Shown: positions 27,301 through 41,800 of the stretch, in pieces | Layout of the letters: each line of letters starts with the position of its first letter | How positions within the stretch are numbered: the stretch's first letter is position 1 | NCBI GenBank assembly: GCA_964016885.1 | Contig: OZ024740.1 | Span: 433,566,001-433,630,000 of the forward strand | DNA from: Eledone cirrhosa | Taxonomy: Eukaryota | Direction: 5' to 3' | DNA: 64,000 nt | Position numbers and translations under genes: made by a program | Notes under the pieces: model-generated | The model's database searches: none | Seen by the model: only the letters and a program-made list of their open reading frames with translations | What the model was told of the DNA's origin: nothing

Positions 27301-30300
27301 ACTGGTGTGTAGGAGAGAAGACTGTTGGTATATGGAGAAACTGGTGTGTAGGAGAGAAGACTGTGTTGGTATATGGAGAAACTGGTGTGTAGGAGAAAGA
27401 CTGTTGGTATATGGAGAAACTGGTGTATAGGAGAGAAGACTGTGTTGGTATATGGAGAAACTGGTGTGTAGGAGAGAAGACTGTTGGTATATGAAGAAAC
27501 TGGTGTGTAGGAGAGAAGACTGTGTTGGTATATGGAGAAACTGGTGTGTAGGAGAGAAGACTGTGTTGGTATATGGAGAAACTGGTGTGTAGGAGAGAAG
27601 ACTGTTGGTATATGGAGAAACTGGTGTGTAGGGAGAAGACTGTGTTGGTATATGGAGAAACTGGTGTGTAGGAGAGAAGACTGTGTTGGTATATGGAGAA
27701 ACTGGTGTGTAGGAGAGAAGACTGTTGGTATATGGAGAAACTGGTGTGTAGGAGAGAAGACTGTTGGTATATGGAGAAACTGGTGTGTAGGAGAGAAGAC
27801 TGTGTTGGTATATGGAAAAACTGGTGTGTAGGAGAGAAGACTGTTGGTATATGGAGAAACTGGTGTGTAGGAGAGAAGACTGTGTTGGTATATGGAGAAA
27901 CTGGTGTGTAAAAGAGAAGACTGTGTTGGTATATGGAGAAACTGGTGTGTAGGAGAGAAGACTGTTGGTATATGGAGAAACTGGTGTGTAGGGGAGAAGA
28001 CTGTGTTGGTATATGGAGAAACTGGTGTGTAGGAGAGAAGACTGTGTTGGTATATGGAGAAACTGGTGTGTAGGAGAGAAGACTGTGTTGGTATATGGAG
28101 AAACTGGTGTGTAGGAGAGAAGACTGTGTTGGTATATGGAGAAACTGGTGTGTAGGAGAGAAGACTGTGTTGGTATATGGAGAAACTGGTGTGTAGGAGA
28201 GAAGACTGTTGGTATATGAGAAACTGGTGTGTAGGAGAGAAGACTGTGTTGGTATATGGAGAAACTGGTGTGTAGGAGAGAAGACTGTGTTGGTATATGG
28301 AGAAACTGGTGTGTAGGAGAGAAGACTGTTGGTATATGGAGAAACTGGTGTGTAGGGGAGAAGACTGTGTTGGTATATGGAGAAACTGGTGTGTAGGAGA
28401 GAAGACTGTGTTGGTATATGGAGAAACTGGTGTGTAGGAGAGAAGACTGTTGGTATATGGAGAAACTGGTGTGTAGGAGAGAAGACTGTTGGTATATGGA
28501 GAAACTGGTGTGTAGGAGAGAAGACTGTGTTGGTATATGGAGAAACTGGTGTGTAGGAGAGAAGACTGTTGGTATATGGAGAAACTGGTGTGTAGGAGAG
28601 AAGACTGTGTTGGTATATGGAGAAACTGGTGTGTAGAAGAGAAGACTGTGTTGGTATATGGAGAAACTGGTGTGTAGGAGAGAAGACTGTTGGTATATGG
28701 AGAAACTGGTGTGTAGGAGAGAAGACTGTGTTGGTATATGGAGAAACTGGTGTGTAGGAGAGAAGACTGTGTTGGTATATGGAGAAACTGGTGTGTAGGA
28801 GAGAAGACTGTGTTGGTATATGGAGAAACTGGTGTGTAGGAGAGAAGACTGTTGGTATATGGAGAAACTGGTGTGTAGGAGAGAAGACTGTTGGTATATG
28901 GAGAAACTGGTGTGTAGGAGAGAAGACTGTGTTGGTATATGGAGAAACTGGTGTGTAGGGAGAGAAGACTGTGTTGGTATATGGAGAAACTGGTGTGTAG
29001 GAGAGAAGACTGTGTTGGTATATGGAGAAACTGGTGTGTAGGGAGAAGACTGTGTTGGTATATGGAGAAACTGGTGTGTAGGAGAGAAGACTGTGTTGGT
29101 ATATGGAGAAACTGGTGTGTAGGAGAGAAGACTGTGTTGGTATATGGAGAAACTGGTGTGTAGGGGAGAAGACTGTGTTGGTATATGGAGAAACTGGTGT
29201 GTAGGAGAGAAGACTGTGTTGGTATATGGAGAAACTGGTGTGTAGGAGAGAAGACTGTGTTGGTATATGGAGAAACTGGTGTGTAGGAGAGAAGACTGTT
29301 GGTATATGGAGAAACTGGTGTGTAGGAGAGAAGACTGTTGGTATATGGAGAAACTGGTGTGTAGGAGAGAAGACTGTGTTGGTATATGGAGAAACTGGTG
29401 TGTAGGAGAGAAGACTGTTGGTATATGGAGAAACTGGTGTGTAGGAGAGAAGACTGTTGGTATATGGAGAAACTGGTGTGTAGGAGAGAAGACTGTTGGT
29501 ATATGGAGAAACTGGTGTGTAGGAGAGAAGACTGTGTTGGTATATGGAGAAACTGGTGTGTAGGAGAGAAGACTGTGTTGGTATATGGAGGAACTGGTGT
29601 GTAGGAGAGAAGACTGTTGGTATATGGAGAAACTGGTGTGTAGGAGAGAAGACTGTTGGTATATGGAGAAACTGGTGTGTAGGAGAGAAGACTGTGTTGG
29701 TATATGGAGAAACTGCTGTGTAGGAGAGAAGACTGTTGGTATATGGAGAAACTGGTGTGTAGGAGAGAAGACTGTTGGTATATGGAGAAACTGGTGTGTA
29801 GGAGAGAAGACTGTTGGTATATGGAGAAACTGGTGTGTAGGAGAGAAGACTGTGTTGGTATATGGAGAAACTGGTGTGTAGGAGAGAAGACTGTGTTGGT
29901 ATATGGAGAACTGGTGTGTAGGAGAGAAGACTGTTGGTATATGGAGAAACTGGTGTGTAGGGAGAGAAGACTGTGTTGGTATATGGAGAAACTGTGTGTA
30001 GGAGAGAAGACTGTTGGTATATGGAGAAACTGGTGTGTAGGAGAGAAGACTGTTGGTATATGGAGAAACTGGTGTGTAGGAGAGAAGACTGTTGGTATAT
30101 GGAGAAACTGGTGTGTAGGAGAGAAGACTGTTGGTATATGGAGAAACTGGTGTGTAGGAGAGAAGACTGTGTTGGTATATGGAGAAACTGGTGTGTAGGA
30201 GAGAAGACTGTTGGTATATGGAGAAACTGGTGTGTAGGAGAGAAGACTGTTGGTATATGGAGAAACTGGTGTGTAGGAGAGAAGACTGTGTTGGTATATG

Positions 30301-30887
30301 GAGAAACTGGTGTGTAGGAGAGAAGACTGTTGGTATATGGAGAAACTGGTGTGTAGGAGAGAAGACTGTTGGTATATGGAGAAACTGGTGTGTAGGAGAG
30401 AAGACTGTGTTGGTATATGGAGAAACTGGTGTGTAGGAGAGAAGACTGTTGGTATATGGAGAAACTGGTGTGTAGGAGAGAAGACTGTTGGTATATGGAG
30501 AAACTGGTGTGTAGGAGAGAAGACTGTGTTGGTATATGGAGAAACTGGTGTGTAGGAGAGAAGACTGTGTTGGTATATGGAGAAACTGGTGTGTAGGAGA
30601 GAAGACTGTTGGTATATGGAGAAACTGGTGTGTAGGGAGAAGACTGTTTGGTATATGGAGAAACTGGTGTGTAGGAGAGAAGACTGTGTTGGTATATGGA
30701 GAAACTGGTGTGTAGGAGAGAAGACTGTGTTGGTATATGGAGAAACTGGTGTGTAGGAGAGAAGACTGTTGGTATATGGAGAAACTGGTGTGTAGGAGAG
30801 AAGACTGTGTTGGTATATGGAGAAACTGGTGTGTAGGAGAGAAGACTGTTGGTATATGGAGAAACTGGTGTGTAGGAGAGAAGACTT
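15310..30887. repeat. 39/41-bp satellite GGTATATGGAGAAACTGGTGTGTAGGAGAGAAGACTG(TG)TT, about 390 copies, truncated by the gap
   Basis: Directly visible tandem array with 39-, 41- and rare 36-bp monomers. Confidence 0.98.
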
Positions 30888-31087
30888 NNNNNNNNNNNNN
30901 NNNNNNNNNNNNNNNNNNNNNNNNNNNNNNNNNNNNNNNNNNNNNNNNNNNNNNNNNNNNNNNNNNNNNNNNNNNNNNNNNNNNNNNNNNNNNNNNNNNN
31001 NNNNNNNNNNNNNNNNNNNNNNNNNNNNNNNNNNNNNNNNNNNNNNNNNNNNNNNNNNNNNNNNNNNNNNNNNNNNNNNNNNNNNNN
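30888..31087. other. Assembly gap (200 N)
   Basis: A run of exactly 200 N, which is typical of a fixed-size scaffolding gap. Confidence 0.99.
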
Positions 31088-32549
31088 CTTTTCCCACCAC
31101 CCCTCATTACAAGATTACAGAATCTTATTGACATCTGTTGCTGGGCTAACCACTGCTAGCACGGAATTTACTTATCATCATCATTACACTATCCTGCTTA
31201 GCCTGGTATGTTTCTCTATATTTGGTCTGAAAGTTGAACAAAATATCTCCCCTCCTCCTTCTTCTTCTCAACAAAGATACCAACATTTTCCATTGAACAC
31301 ATCATTTATTTTATTTGTAGCATTCATTGTTATTGCTGTCCTCCAACATGATCCTAGACTCAGTGATATTCAACCTGGATATCTCACTCAAGACAAGCCT
31401 TTCTCTATATATAGTCTGTCTGTGAGTACTAGTGCACATCTCACTTTCATAGATGACAGACTAGATCTATAACCTCCCCTCTACTTTTACTTCCTTTTTT
31501 CGGCATGATTATATTCTTATTGTTATATATCTTTATCTTTATCATTATTTATCAACTTTTTACATATTTTGCTTTATATATTTCCTCACAAGCTGAATGC
31601 TATTTCATTCCACTATTTTAGTCATGTATTATGTTGATATTAGTTCAAAGTCTGATAGTCTACAGTCTCAAGTGTTAGTTAACTCTAACAAAACAGTTAA
31701 CATTTCACTCAAATTATATAATATTCTCTTCTGAAATTCACTTTTGTTGAAATGATTACATTAAGGAACTTTGGTACAAAGATTACCTTAGATATTTAAT
31801 TTAGATGGGGAAAACCAGAAAATTTGTATTCAAGATGTCAAGTTAAATTCTTTACCGATTATTTCCAAATTTTCTTCTGCTTTATCGTAACAAATTTCTC
31901 GAGTTTTGTATGTTTACCAAATTTCTTCAAGTTGAGACAGAGAAAACTTTATAGCAAAATCTCTTGCAGACTACCACTTGAGACATAGCTTTAATATTTA
32001 CAATATGAGATATTTCATTGAAATATAGCTTAGTTTTATTGTTTTATATTTTATTTTTAGATACATACAATTATGAATAATTTTATATTTCAGTTTTTGC
32101 TTGGTTTCATGTCTTTTAAAGAGCAAAACAAATATTATGTAGCTTGATAAAATGGACTAAACTAGCTTTTGAAATAATCCCATGAATACAGTATATTTTC
32201 CGTACATCATTATATATATATATATATAATTATATATATATATATCTAGTCTGGAACTAGTTATTGAAATTGTAAGAGCTCAGCCGTTGGGTCCTGACTC
32301 TTTATAATACACACACTCATCTATGCTCCCCTTCCTACTACACACATTCACCTTTCTCACAAATGTTTCCCTTATTAAGTAATGCTATAATTATAGTCCA
32401 AATTTATCTTCCTGCCTTCATAATAGTTGTTTGTATTCCCGATTCCAATATTGTTTTCCATCACTCATTAATATTTCTGGCACACTACCCAATATGTTTT
32501 CTAGTCCTTGCTTTATTCATTAGACACGTTTTTGCATGCACAATTCCAG

Positions 32550-32641
32550 GAATCGCTGCATTTTACTGGGTTCGTGGAAAAATTCCTTTTATCCCAGGCA
32601 CTGTAATTCCAGTGTTTAACTATTACTTAGCACCAGTTACT
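32550..32641 (+). CDS. SLC44A2: Choline transporter-like protein (SLC44A/CTL2-4-5 subfamily), third-from-last exon: (G)IAAFYWVRGKIPFIPGTVIPVFNYYLAPVT
   Basis: Acceptor TTCCAG| and donor ACT|GTGAGT, phase 1 in and phase 0 out, in frame with the next exon. Resembles the CTL segment GVLSFFFFSGRIP...LNYYWLPI. The symbol is approximate because invertebrate Ctl2 is co-orthologous to SLC44A2/4/5. Confidence 0.85.
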
Positions 32642-32868
32642 GTGAGTATATTCTTTGTTTCATATGATTTATGTACATTATACCTGTTACCTGTTATGTT
32701 ACCTGATAATCATGTGATGAAAATTATTTCTATCTAAATAATTTCTTCAAACTTCAGTCAAAATCAAATTTAATTCTCAGCATTAATAATAATAATAATA
32801 ATTAATAAATATAAGTATTTTGATAAATTAGTAAACAACTACATGAATGCCTTAACTATAAAAACATG

Positions 32869-35800
32869 TTATGTTGTGAGGGAGTTACCATTGTTGTGAG
32901 GGAGTTACCATACCATTGTGTTGTGAGGGAGTTACCATTATGTTGTGAGGGAGTTACTATTATGTTGTGAGGGAGTTACCATTATGTTGTGAGGGAGTTA
33001 CTATTATGTTGTGAGGGAGTTACTATTATGTTGTGAGGGAGTTACTATTATGTTGTGAGGGAGTTACCATTATGTTGTGAGGGAGTTACTATTGTGTTGT
33101 GAGGGAGTTACTATTATGTTGTGAGGGAGTTACTATTATGTTGTGAGGGAGTTACTATTATGTTGTGAGGGAGTTACCATTATGTTGTGAGGGAGTTACT
33201 ATTATGTTGTGAGGGAGTTACTATTATGTTGTGAGGGAGTTACCATTATGTTGTGAGGGAGTTACCATTATGTTGTGAGGGAGTTACTATTGTGTTGTGA
33301 GGGAGTTACTATTATGTTGTGAGGGAGTTACCATTATGTTGTGAGGGAGTTACTATTGTGTTGTGAGGGAGTTACCATTATGTTGTGAGGGAGTTACTAT
33401 TGTGTTGTGAGGGAGTTACCATTATGTTGTGAGGGAGTTACTATTGTGTTGTGAGGGAGTTACCATTATGTTGTGAGGGAGTTACTATTGTGTTGTGAGG
33501 GAGTTACTATTATGTTGTGAGGGAGTTACTATTGTGTTGTGAGGGAGTTACCATTATGTTGTGAGGGAGTTACTATTGTGTTGTGAGGGAGTTACCATTA
33601 TGTTGTGAGGGAGTTACTATTGTGTTGTGAGGGAGTTACTATTATGTTGTGAGGGAGTTACTATTGTGTTGTGAGGGAGTTACCATTGTGTTGTGAGGGA
33701 GTTACTATTATGTTGTGAGGGAGTTACCATTGTGTTGTGAGGGAGTTACTATTGTGTTGTGAGGGAGTTACCTATTATGTTGTGAGGGAGTTACTATTAT
33801 GTTGTGAGGGAGTTACTATTATGTTGTGAGGGAGTTACTATTGTGTTGTGAGGGAGTTACCATTATGTTGTGAGGGAGTTACTATTATGTTGTGAGGGAG
33901 TTACCATTATGTTGTGAGGGAGTTACCATTGTGTTGTGAGGGAGTTACTATTGTGTTGTGAGGGAGTTACTATTGTGTTGTGAGGGAGTTACCATTATGT
34001 TGTGAGGGAGTTACTATTATGTTGTGAGGGAGTTACTATTGTGTTGTGAGGGAGTTACTATTGTGTTGTGAGGGAGTTACTATTGTGTTGTGAGGGAGTT
34101 ACTATTATGTTGTGAGGGAGTTACCATTGTGTTGTGAGGGAGTTACTATTGTGTTGTGAGGGAGTTACTATTGTGTTGTGAGGGAGTTACCATTATGTTG
34201 TGAGGGAGTTACTATTATGTTGTGAGGGAGTTACTATTGTGTTGTGAGGGAGTTACTATTGTGTTGTGAGGGAGTTACCATTGTGTTGTGAGGGAGTTAC
34301 TATTGTGTTGTGAGGGAGTTACTATTATGTTGTGAGGGAGTTACTATTATGTTGTGAGGGAGTTACTATTGTGTTGTGAGGGAGTTACTATTGTGTTGTG
34401 AGGGAGTTACTATTGTGTTGTGAGGGAGTTACTATTGTGTTGTGAGGGAGTTACTATTATGTTGTGAGGGAGTTACTATTATGTTGTGAGGGAGTTACTA
34501 TTGTGTTGTGAGGGAGTTACTATTATGTTGTGAGGGAGTTACTATTGTGTTGTGAGGGAGTTACTATTATGTTGTGAGGGAGTTACTATTATGTTGTGAG
34601 GGAGTTACTATTGTGTTGTGAGGGAGTTACTATTGTGTTGTGAGGGAGTTACTATTGTGTTGTGAGGGAGTTACTATTATGTTGTGAAGGGAGTTACTAT
34701 TGTGTTGTGAGGGAGTTACTATTATGTTGTGAGGGAGTTACTATTGTGTTGTGAGGGAGTTACTATTGTGTTGTGAGGGAGTTACTATTATGTTGTGAGG
34801 GAGTTACCATTGTGTTGTGAGGGAGTTACTATTGTGTTGTGAGGGAGTTACTATTGTGTTGTGAGGGAGTTACTATTATGTTGTGAGGGAGTTACTATTG
34901 TGTTGTGAGGGAGTTACTATTATGTTGTGAGGGAGTTACCATTGTGTTGTGAGGGAGTTACTATTGTGTTGTGAGGGAGTTACTATTATGTTGTGAGGGA
35001 GTTACTATTGTGTTGTGAGGGAGTTACTATTATGTTGTGAGGGAGTTACATTGTGTTGTGAGGGAGTTACTATTGTGTTGTGAGGGAGTTACTATTGTGT
35101 TGTGAGGGAGTTACTATTGTGTTGTGAGGGAGTTACCATTGTGTTGTGAGGGAGTTACTATTGTGTTGTGAGGGAGTTACCATTGTGTTGTGAGGGAGTT
35201 ACTATTGTGTTGTGAGGGAGTTACTATTGTGTTGTGAGGGAGTTACTATTGTGTTGTGAGGGAGTTACTATTATGTTGTGAGGGAGTTACTATTGTGTTG
35301 TGAGGGAGTTACCATTGTGTTGTGAGGGAGTTACTATTGTGTTGTGAGGGAGTTACTATTATGTTGTGAGGGAGTTACCATTGTGTTGTGAGGGAGTTAC
35401 TATTGTGTTGTGAGGGAGTTACTATTGTGTTGTGAGGGAGTTACTATTGTGTTGTGAGGGAGTTACCATTGTGTTGTGAGGGAGTTACTATTGTGTTGTG
35501 AGGGAGTTACTATTGTGTTGTGAGGGAGTTACTATTGTGTTGTGAGGGAGTTACTATTGTGTTGTGAGGGAGTTACTATTGTGTTGTGAGGGAGTTACTA
35601 TTGTGTTGTGAGGGAGTTACCATTGTGTTGTGAGGGAGTTACTATTGTGTTGTGAGGGAGTTACTATTATGTTGTGAGGGAGTTACTATTGTGTTGTGAG
35701 GGAGTTACTATTGTGTTGTGAGGGAGTTACTATTGTGTTGTGAGGGAGTTACCTATTGTGTTGTGAGGGAGTTACCATTGTGTTGTGAGGGAGTTACTAT

Positions 35801-38800
35801 TGTGTTGTGAGGGAGTTACCATTGTGTTGTGAGGGAGTTACTATTGTGTTGTGAGGGAGTTACTATTGTGTTGTGAGGGAGTTACTATTGTGTTGTGAGG
35901 GAGTTACTATTGTGTTGTGAGGGATTTACTATTGTGTTGTGAGGGAGTTACTATTATGTTGTGAGGGAGTTACTATTGTGTTGTGAGGGAGTTACTATTG
36001 TGTTGTGAGGGAGTTACTATTGTGTTGTGAGGGAGTTACTATTGTGTTGTGAGGGAGTTACCATTGTGTTGTGAGGGAGTTACTATTGTGTTGTGAGGGA
36101 TTTACTATTATGTTGTGAGGGAGTTACTATTGTGTTGTGAGGGAGTTACTATTGTGTTGTGAGGGATTTACTATTGTGTTGTGAGGGAGTTACCATTGTG
36201 TTGTGAGGGAGTTACTATTATGTTGTGAGGGAGTTACTATTGTGTTGTGAGGGAGTTACTATTATGTTGTGAGGGAGTTACTATTGTGTTGTGAGGGAGT
36301 TACTATTGTGTTGTGAGGGAGTTACCATTGTGTTGTGAGGGAGTTACTATTGTGTTGTGAGGGAGTTACTATTGTGTTGTGAGGGAGTTACCATTGTGTT
36401 GTGAGGGAGTTACTATTGTGTTGTGAGGGAGTTACTATTATGTTGTGAGGGAGTTACTATTATGTTGTGAGGGAGTTACTATTATGTTGTGAGGGAGTTA
36501 CCATTGTGTTGTGAGGGAGTTACTATTGTGTTGTGAGGGAGTTACCATTGTGTTGTGAGGGAGTTACTATTGTGTTGTGAGGGAGTTACCATTATGTTGT
36601 GAGGGAGTTACTATTGTGTTGTGAGGGAGTTACTATTATGTTGTGAGGGAGTTACTATTGTGTTGTGAGGGAGTTACCATTGTGTTGTGAGGGAGTTACT
36701 ATTATGTTGTGAGGGAGTTACCATTGTGTTGTGAGGGAGTTACTATTGTGTTGTGAGGGAGTTACTATTATGTTGTGAGGGAGTTACTATTATGTTGTGA
36801 GGGAGTTACTATTATGTTGTGAGGGAGTTACCATTGTGTTGTGAGGGAGTTACCATTATGTTGTGAGGGAGTTACTATTATGTTGTGAGGGAGTTACCAT
36901 TATGTTGTGAGGGAGTTACCATTGTGTTGTGAGGGAGTTACTATTGTGTTGTGAGGGAGTTACCATTGTGTTGTGAGGGAGTTACCATTATGTTGTGAGG
37001 GAGTTACTATTATGTTGTGAGGGAGTTACTATTGTGTTGTGAGGGAGTTACTATTGTGTTGTGAGGGAGTTACTATTGTGTTGTGAGGGAGTTACTATTA
37101 TGTTGTGAGGGAGTTACCATTGTGTTGTGAGGGAGTTACTATTGTGTTGTGAGGGAGTTACTATTGTGTTGTGAGGGAGTTACCATTATGTTGTGAGGGA
37201 GTTACTATTATGTTGTGAGGGAGTTACTATTGTGTTGTGAGGGAGTTACTATTGTGTTGTGAGGGAGTTACCATTGTGTTGTGAGGGAGTTACTATTGTG
37301 TTGTGAGGGAGTTACTATTATGTTGTGAGGGAGTTACTATTATGTTGTGAGGGAGTTACTATTGTGTTGTGAGGGAGTTACTATTGTGTTGTGAGGGAGT
37401 TACTATTGTGTTGTGAGGGAGTTACTATTGTGTTGTGAGGGAGTTACTATTATGTTGTAAGGGAGTTACTATTATGTTGTAAGGGAGTTACTATTGTGTT
37501 GTGAGGGAGTTACTATTATGTTGTGAGGGAGTTACTATTGTGTTGTGAGGGAGTTACTATTATGTTGTGAGGGAGTTACTATTATGTTGTGAGGGAGTTA
37601 CTATTGTGTTGTGAGGGAGTTACTATTGTGTTGTGAGGGAGTTACTATTGTGTTGTGAGGGAGTTACTATTATGTTGTAAGGGAGTTACTATTGTGTTGT
37701 GAGGGAGTTACTATTATGTTGTGAGGGAGTTACTATTGTGTTGTGAGGGAGTTACTATTGTGTTGTGAGGGAGTTACTATTATGTTGTGAGGGAGTTACC
37801 ATTGTGTTGTGAGGGAGTTACTATTGTGTTGTGAGGGAGTTACTATTGTGTTGTGAGGGAGTTACTATTATGTTGTGAGGGAGTTACTATTGTGTTGTGA
37901 GGGAGTTACTATTATGTTGTGAGGGAGTTACCATTGTGTTGTGAGGGAGTTACTATTGTGTTGTGAGGGAGTTACTATTATGTTGTGAGGGAGTTACTAT
38001 TGTGTTGTGAGGGAGTTACTATTATGTTGTGAGGGAGTTACCATTGTGTTGTGAGGGAGTTACTATTGTGTTGTGAGGGAGTTACTATTGTGTTGTGAGG
38101 GAGTTACCATTGTGTTGTGAGGGAGTTACCATTGTGTTGTGAGGGAGTTACTATTGTGTTGTGAGGGAGTTACCATTGTGTTGTGAGGGAGTTACTATTG
38201 TGTTGTGAGGGAGTTACTATTGTGTTGTGAGGGAGTTACTATTGTGTTGTGAGGGAGTTACTATTATGTTGTGAGGGAGTTACTATTGTGTTGTGAGGGA
38301 GTTACCATTGTGTTGTGAGGGAGTTACTATTGTGTTGTGAGGGAGTTACTATTATGTTGTGAGGGAGTTACCATTGTGTTGTGAGGGAGTTACTATTGTG
38401 TTGTGAGGGAGTTACTATTGTGTTGTGAGGGAGTTACTATTGTGTTGTGAGGGAGTTACCATTGTGTTGTGAGGGAGTTACTATTGTGTTGTGAGGGAGT
38501 TACTATTGTGTTGTGAGGGATTTACTATTGTGTTGTGAGGGAGTTACTATTGTGTTGTGAGGGAGTTACTATTGTGTTGTGAGGGAGTTACTATTGTGTT
38601 GTGAGGGAGTTACCATTGTGTTGTGAGGGAGTTACTATTGTGTTGTGAGGGAGTTACTATTATGTTGTGAGGGAGTTACTATTATGTTGTGAGGGAGTTA
38701 CTATTATGTTGTGAGGGAGTTACCATTGTGTTGTGAGGGAGTTACCATTGTGTTGTGAGGGAGTTACCATTGTGTTGTGAGGGAGTTACTATTGTGTTGT

Positions 38801-41800
38801 GAGGGAGTTACCATTGTGTTGTGAGGGAGTTACTATTGTGTTGTGAGGGAGTTACTATTGTGTTGTGAGGGAGTTACTATTGTGTTGTGAGGGAGTTACT
38901 ATTGTGTTGTGAGGGATTTACTATTGTGTTGTGAGGGAGTTACTATTATGTTGTGAGGGAGTTACTATTGTGTTGTGAGGGAGTTACTATTGTGTTGTGA
39001 GGGAGTTACTATTGTGTTGTGAGGGAGTTACTATTGTGTTGTGAGGGAGTTACCATTGTGTTGTGAGGGAGTTACTATTGTGTTGTGAGGGATTTACTAT
39101 TATGTTGTGAGGGAGTTACTATTGTGTTGTGAGGGAGTTACTATTGTGTTGTGAGGGATTTACTATTGTGTTGTGAGGGAGTTACCATTGTGTTGTGAGG
39201 GAGTTACTATTATGTTGTGAGGGAGTTACTATTGTGTTGTGAGGGAGTTACTATTATGTTGTGAGGGAGTTACTATTGTGTTGTGAGGGAGTTACTATTG
39301 TGTTGTGAGGGAGTTACCATTGTGTTGTGAGGGAGTTACTATTGTGTTGTGAGGGAGTTACTATTGTGTTGTGAGGGAGTTACCATTGTGTTGTGAGGGA
39401 GTTACTATTGTGTTGTGAGGGAGTTACTATTATGTTGTGAGGGAGTTACTATTATGTTGTGAGGGAGTTACTATTATGTTGTGAGGGAGTTACCATTGTG
39501 TTGTGAGGGAGTTACTATTGTGTTGTGAGGGAGTTACCATTGTGTTGTGAGGGAGTTACTATTGTGTTGTGAGGGAGTTACTATTATGTTGTGAGGGAGT
39601 TACCATTGTGTTGTGAGGGAGTTACTATTGTGTTGTGAGGGAGTTACCATTGTGTTGTGAGGGAGTTACTATTGTGTTGTGAGGGAGTTACCATTGTGTT
39701 GTGAGGGAGTTACTATTGTGTTGTGAGGGAGTTACTATTGTGTTGTGAGGGAGTTACCATTGTGTTGTGAGGGAGTTACTATTGTGTTGTGAGGGAGTTA
39801 CTATTGTGTTGTGAGGGAGTTACTATTGTGTTGTGAGGGAGTTACCATTGTGTTGTGAGGGAGTTACTATTGTGTTGTGAGGGAGTTACCATTGTGTTGT
39901 GAGGGAGTTACTATTATGTTGTGAGGGAGTTACCATTGTGTTGTGAGGGAGTTACCATTGTGTTGTGAGGGAGTTACTATTGTGTTGTGAGGGAGTTACT
40001 ATTGTGTTGTGAGGGAGTTACCATTGTGTTGTGAGGGAGTTACTATTGTGTTGTGAGGGAGTTACCATTGTGTTGTGAGGGAGTTACTATTATGTTGTGA
40101 GGGAGTTACCATTGTGTTGTGAGGGAGTTACCATTGTGTTGTGAGGGAGTTACTATTGTGTTGTGAGGGAGTTACTATTGTGTTGTGAGGGAGTTACTAT
40201 TGTGTTGTGAGGGAGTTACCATTGTGTTGTGAGGGAGTTACTATTATGTTGTGAGGGAGTTACCATTGTTGTGAGGGAGTTACTATTGTGTTGTGAGGGA
40301 GTTACTATTGTGTTGTGAGGGAGTTACTATTGTGTTGTGAGGGAGTTACCATTGTTCTGAGGAAGTTACCATTGTGTTGTGAGGGAGTTACCATTATGTT
40401 GTGAGGGAGTTACTATTGTGTTGTGAGGGAGTTACTATTGTGTTGTGAGGGAGTTACCATTGTGTTGTGAGGGAGTTACCATTGTGTTGTGAGGGAGTTA
40501 CTATTGTGTTGTGAGGGAGTTACCATTGTGTTGTGAGGGAGTTACTATTGTGTTGTGAGGGAGTTACTATTGTGTTGTGAGGGAGTTACTATTGTGTTGT
40601 GAGGGAGTTACTATTATGTTGTGAGGGAGTTACTATTGTGTTGTGAGGGAGTTACCATTGTGTTGTGAGGGAGTTACTATTGTGTTGTGAGGGAGTTACT
40701 ATTATGTTGTGAGGGAGTTACCATTGTGTTGTGAGGGAGTTACTATTGTGTTGTGAGGGAGTTACTATTGTGTTGTGAGGGAGTTACTATTGTGTTGTGA
40801 GGGAGTTACCATTGTGTTGTGAGGGAGTTACCATTGTGTTGTGAGGGAGTTACTATTGTGTTGTGAGGGAGTTACTATTGTGTTGTGAGGGATTTACTAT
40901 TGTGTTGTGAGGGAGTTACTATTGTGTTGTGAGGGAGTTACTATTGTGTTGTGAGGGAGTTACTATTGTGTTGTGAGGGAGTTACCATTGTGTTGTGAGG
41001 GAGTTACTATTGTGTTGTGAGGGAGTTACTATTGTGTTGTGAGGGAGTTACTATTATGTTGTGAGGGAGTTACTATTGTGTTGTGAGGGAGTTACTATTG
41101 TGTTGTGAGGGAGTTACTATTATGTTGTGAGGGAGTTACTATTATGTTGTGAGGGAGTTACCATTGTGTTGTGAGGGAGTTACCATTGTGTTGTGAGGGA
41201 GTTACTATTGTGTTGTGAGGGAGTTACTATTATGTTGTGAGGGAGTTACTATTATGTTGTAAGGGAGTTACTATTGTGTTGTGAGAGAGTTACTATTATG
41301 TTGTGAGGGAGTTACCATTGTGTTGTGAGGGAGTTACTATTGTGTTGTGAGGGAGTTACCATTGTGTTGTGAGGGAGTTACTATTGTGTTGTGAGGGAGT
41401 TACTATTGTGTTGTGAGGGAGTTACCATTGTGTTGTGAGGGAGTTACTATTGTGTTGTGAGGGAGTTACTATTGTGTTGTGAGGGAGTTACTATTGTGTT
41501 GTGAGGGAGTTACCATTGTGTTGTGAGGGAGTTACTATTGTGTTGTGAGGGAGTTACCATTGTGTTGTGAGGGAGTTACTATTATGTTGTGAGGGAGTTA
41601 CCATTGTGTTGTGAGGGAGTTACCATTGTGTTGTGAGGGAGTTACTATTGTGTTGTGAGGGAGTTACTATTGTGTTGTGAGGGAGTTACCATTGTGTTGT
41701 GAGGGAGTTACTATTGTGTTGTGAGGGAGTTACCATTGTGTTGTGAGGGAGTTACTATTATGTTGTGAGGGAGTTACCATTGTGTTGTGAGGGAGTTACC

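Noticed and set aside
15045-31159. Dozens of ORFs, up to 3215 aa, in the ORF track
   Set aside because: They are translations of the 39/41-bp satellite. Frames interconvert through 2-bp indels, there is no domain, and some run through the N gap.
32094-32147. Possible + strand exon after TTTTATATTTCAG (FLLGFMSFKEQNKYYVA*)
   Set aside because: It does not match the expected CTL segment, has no convincing donor, and hits a stop.
32363-32737. 124-aa single-exon ORF
   Set aside because: Only 32550-32641 is bounded by splice sites and matches CTL. The rest is intronic read-through.
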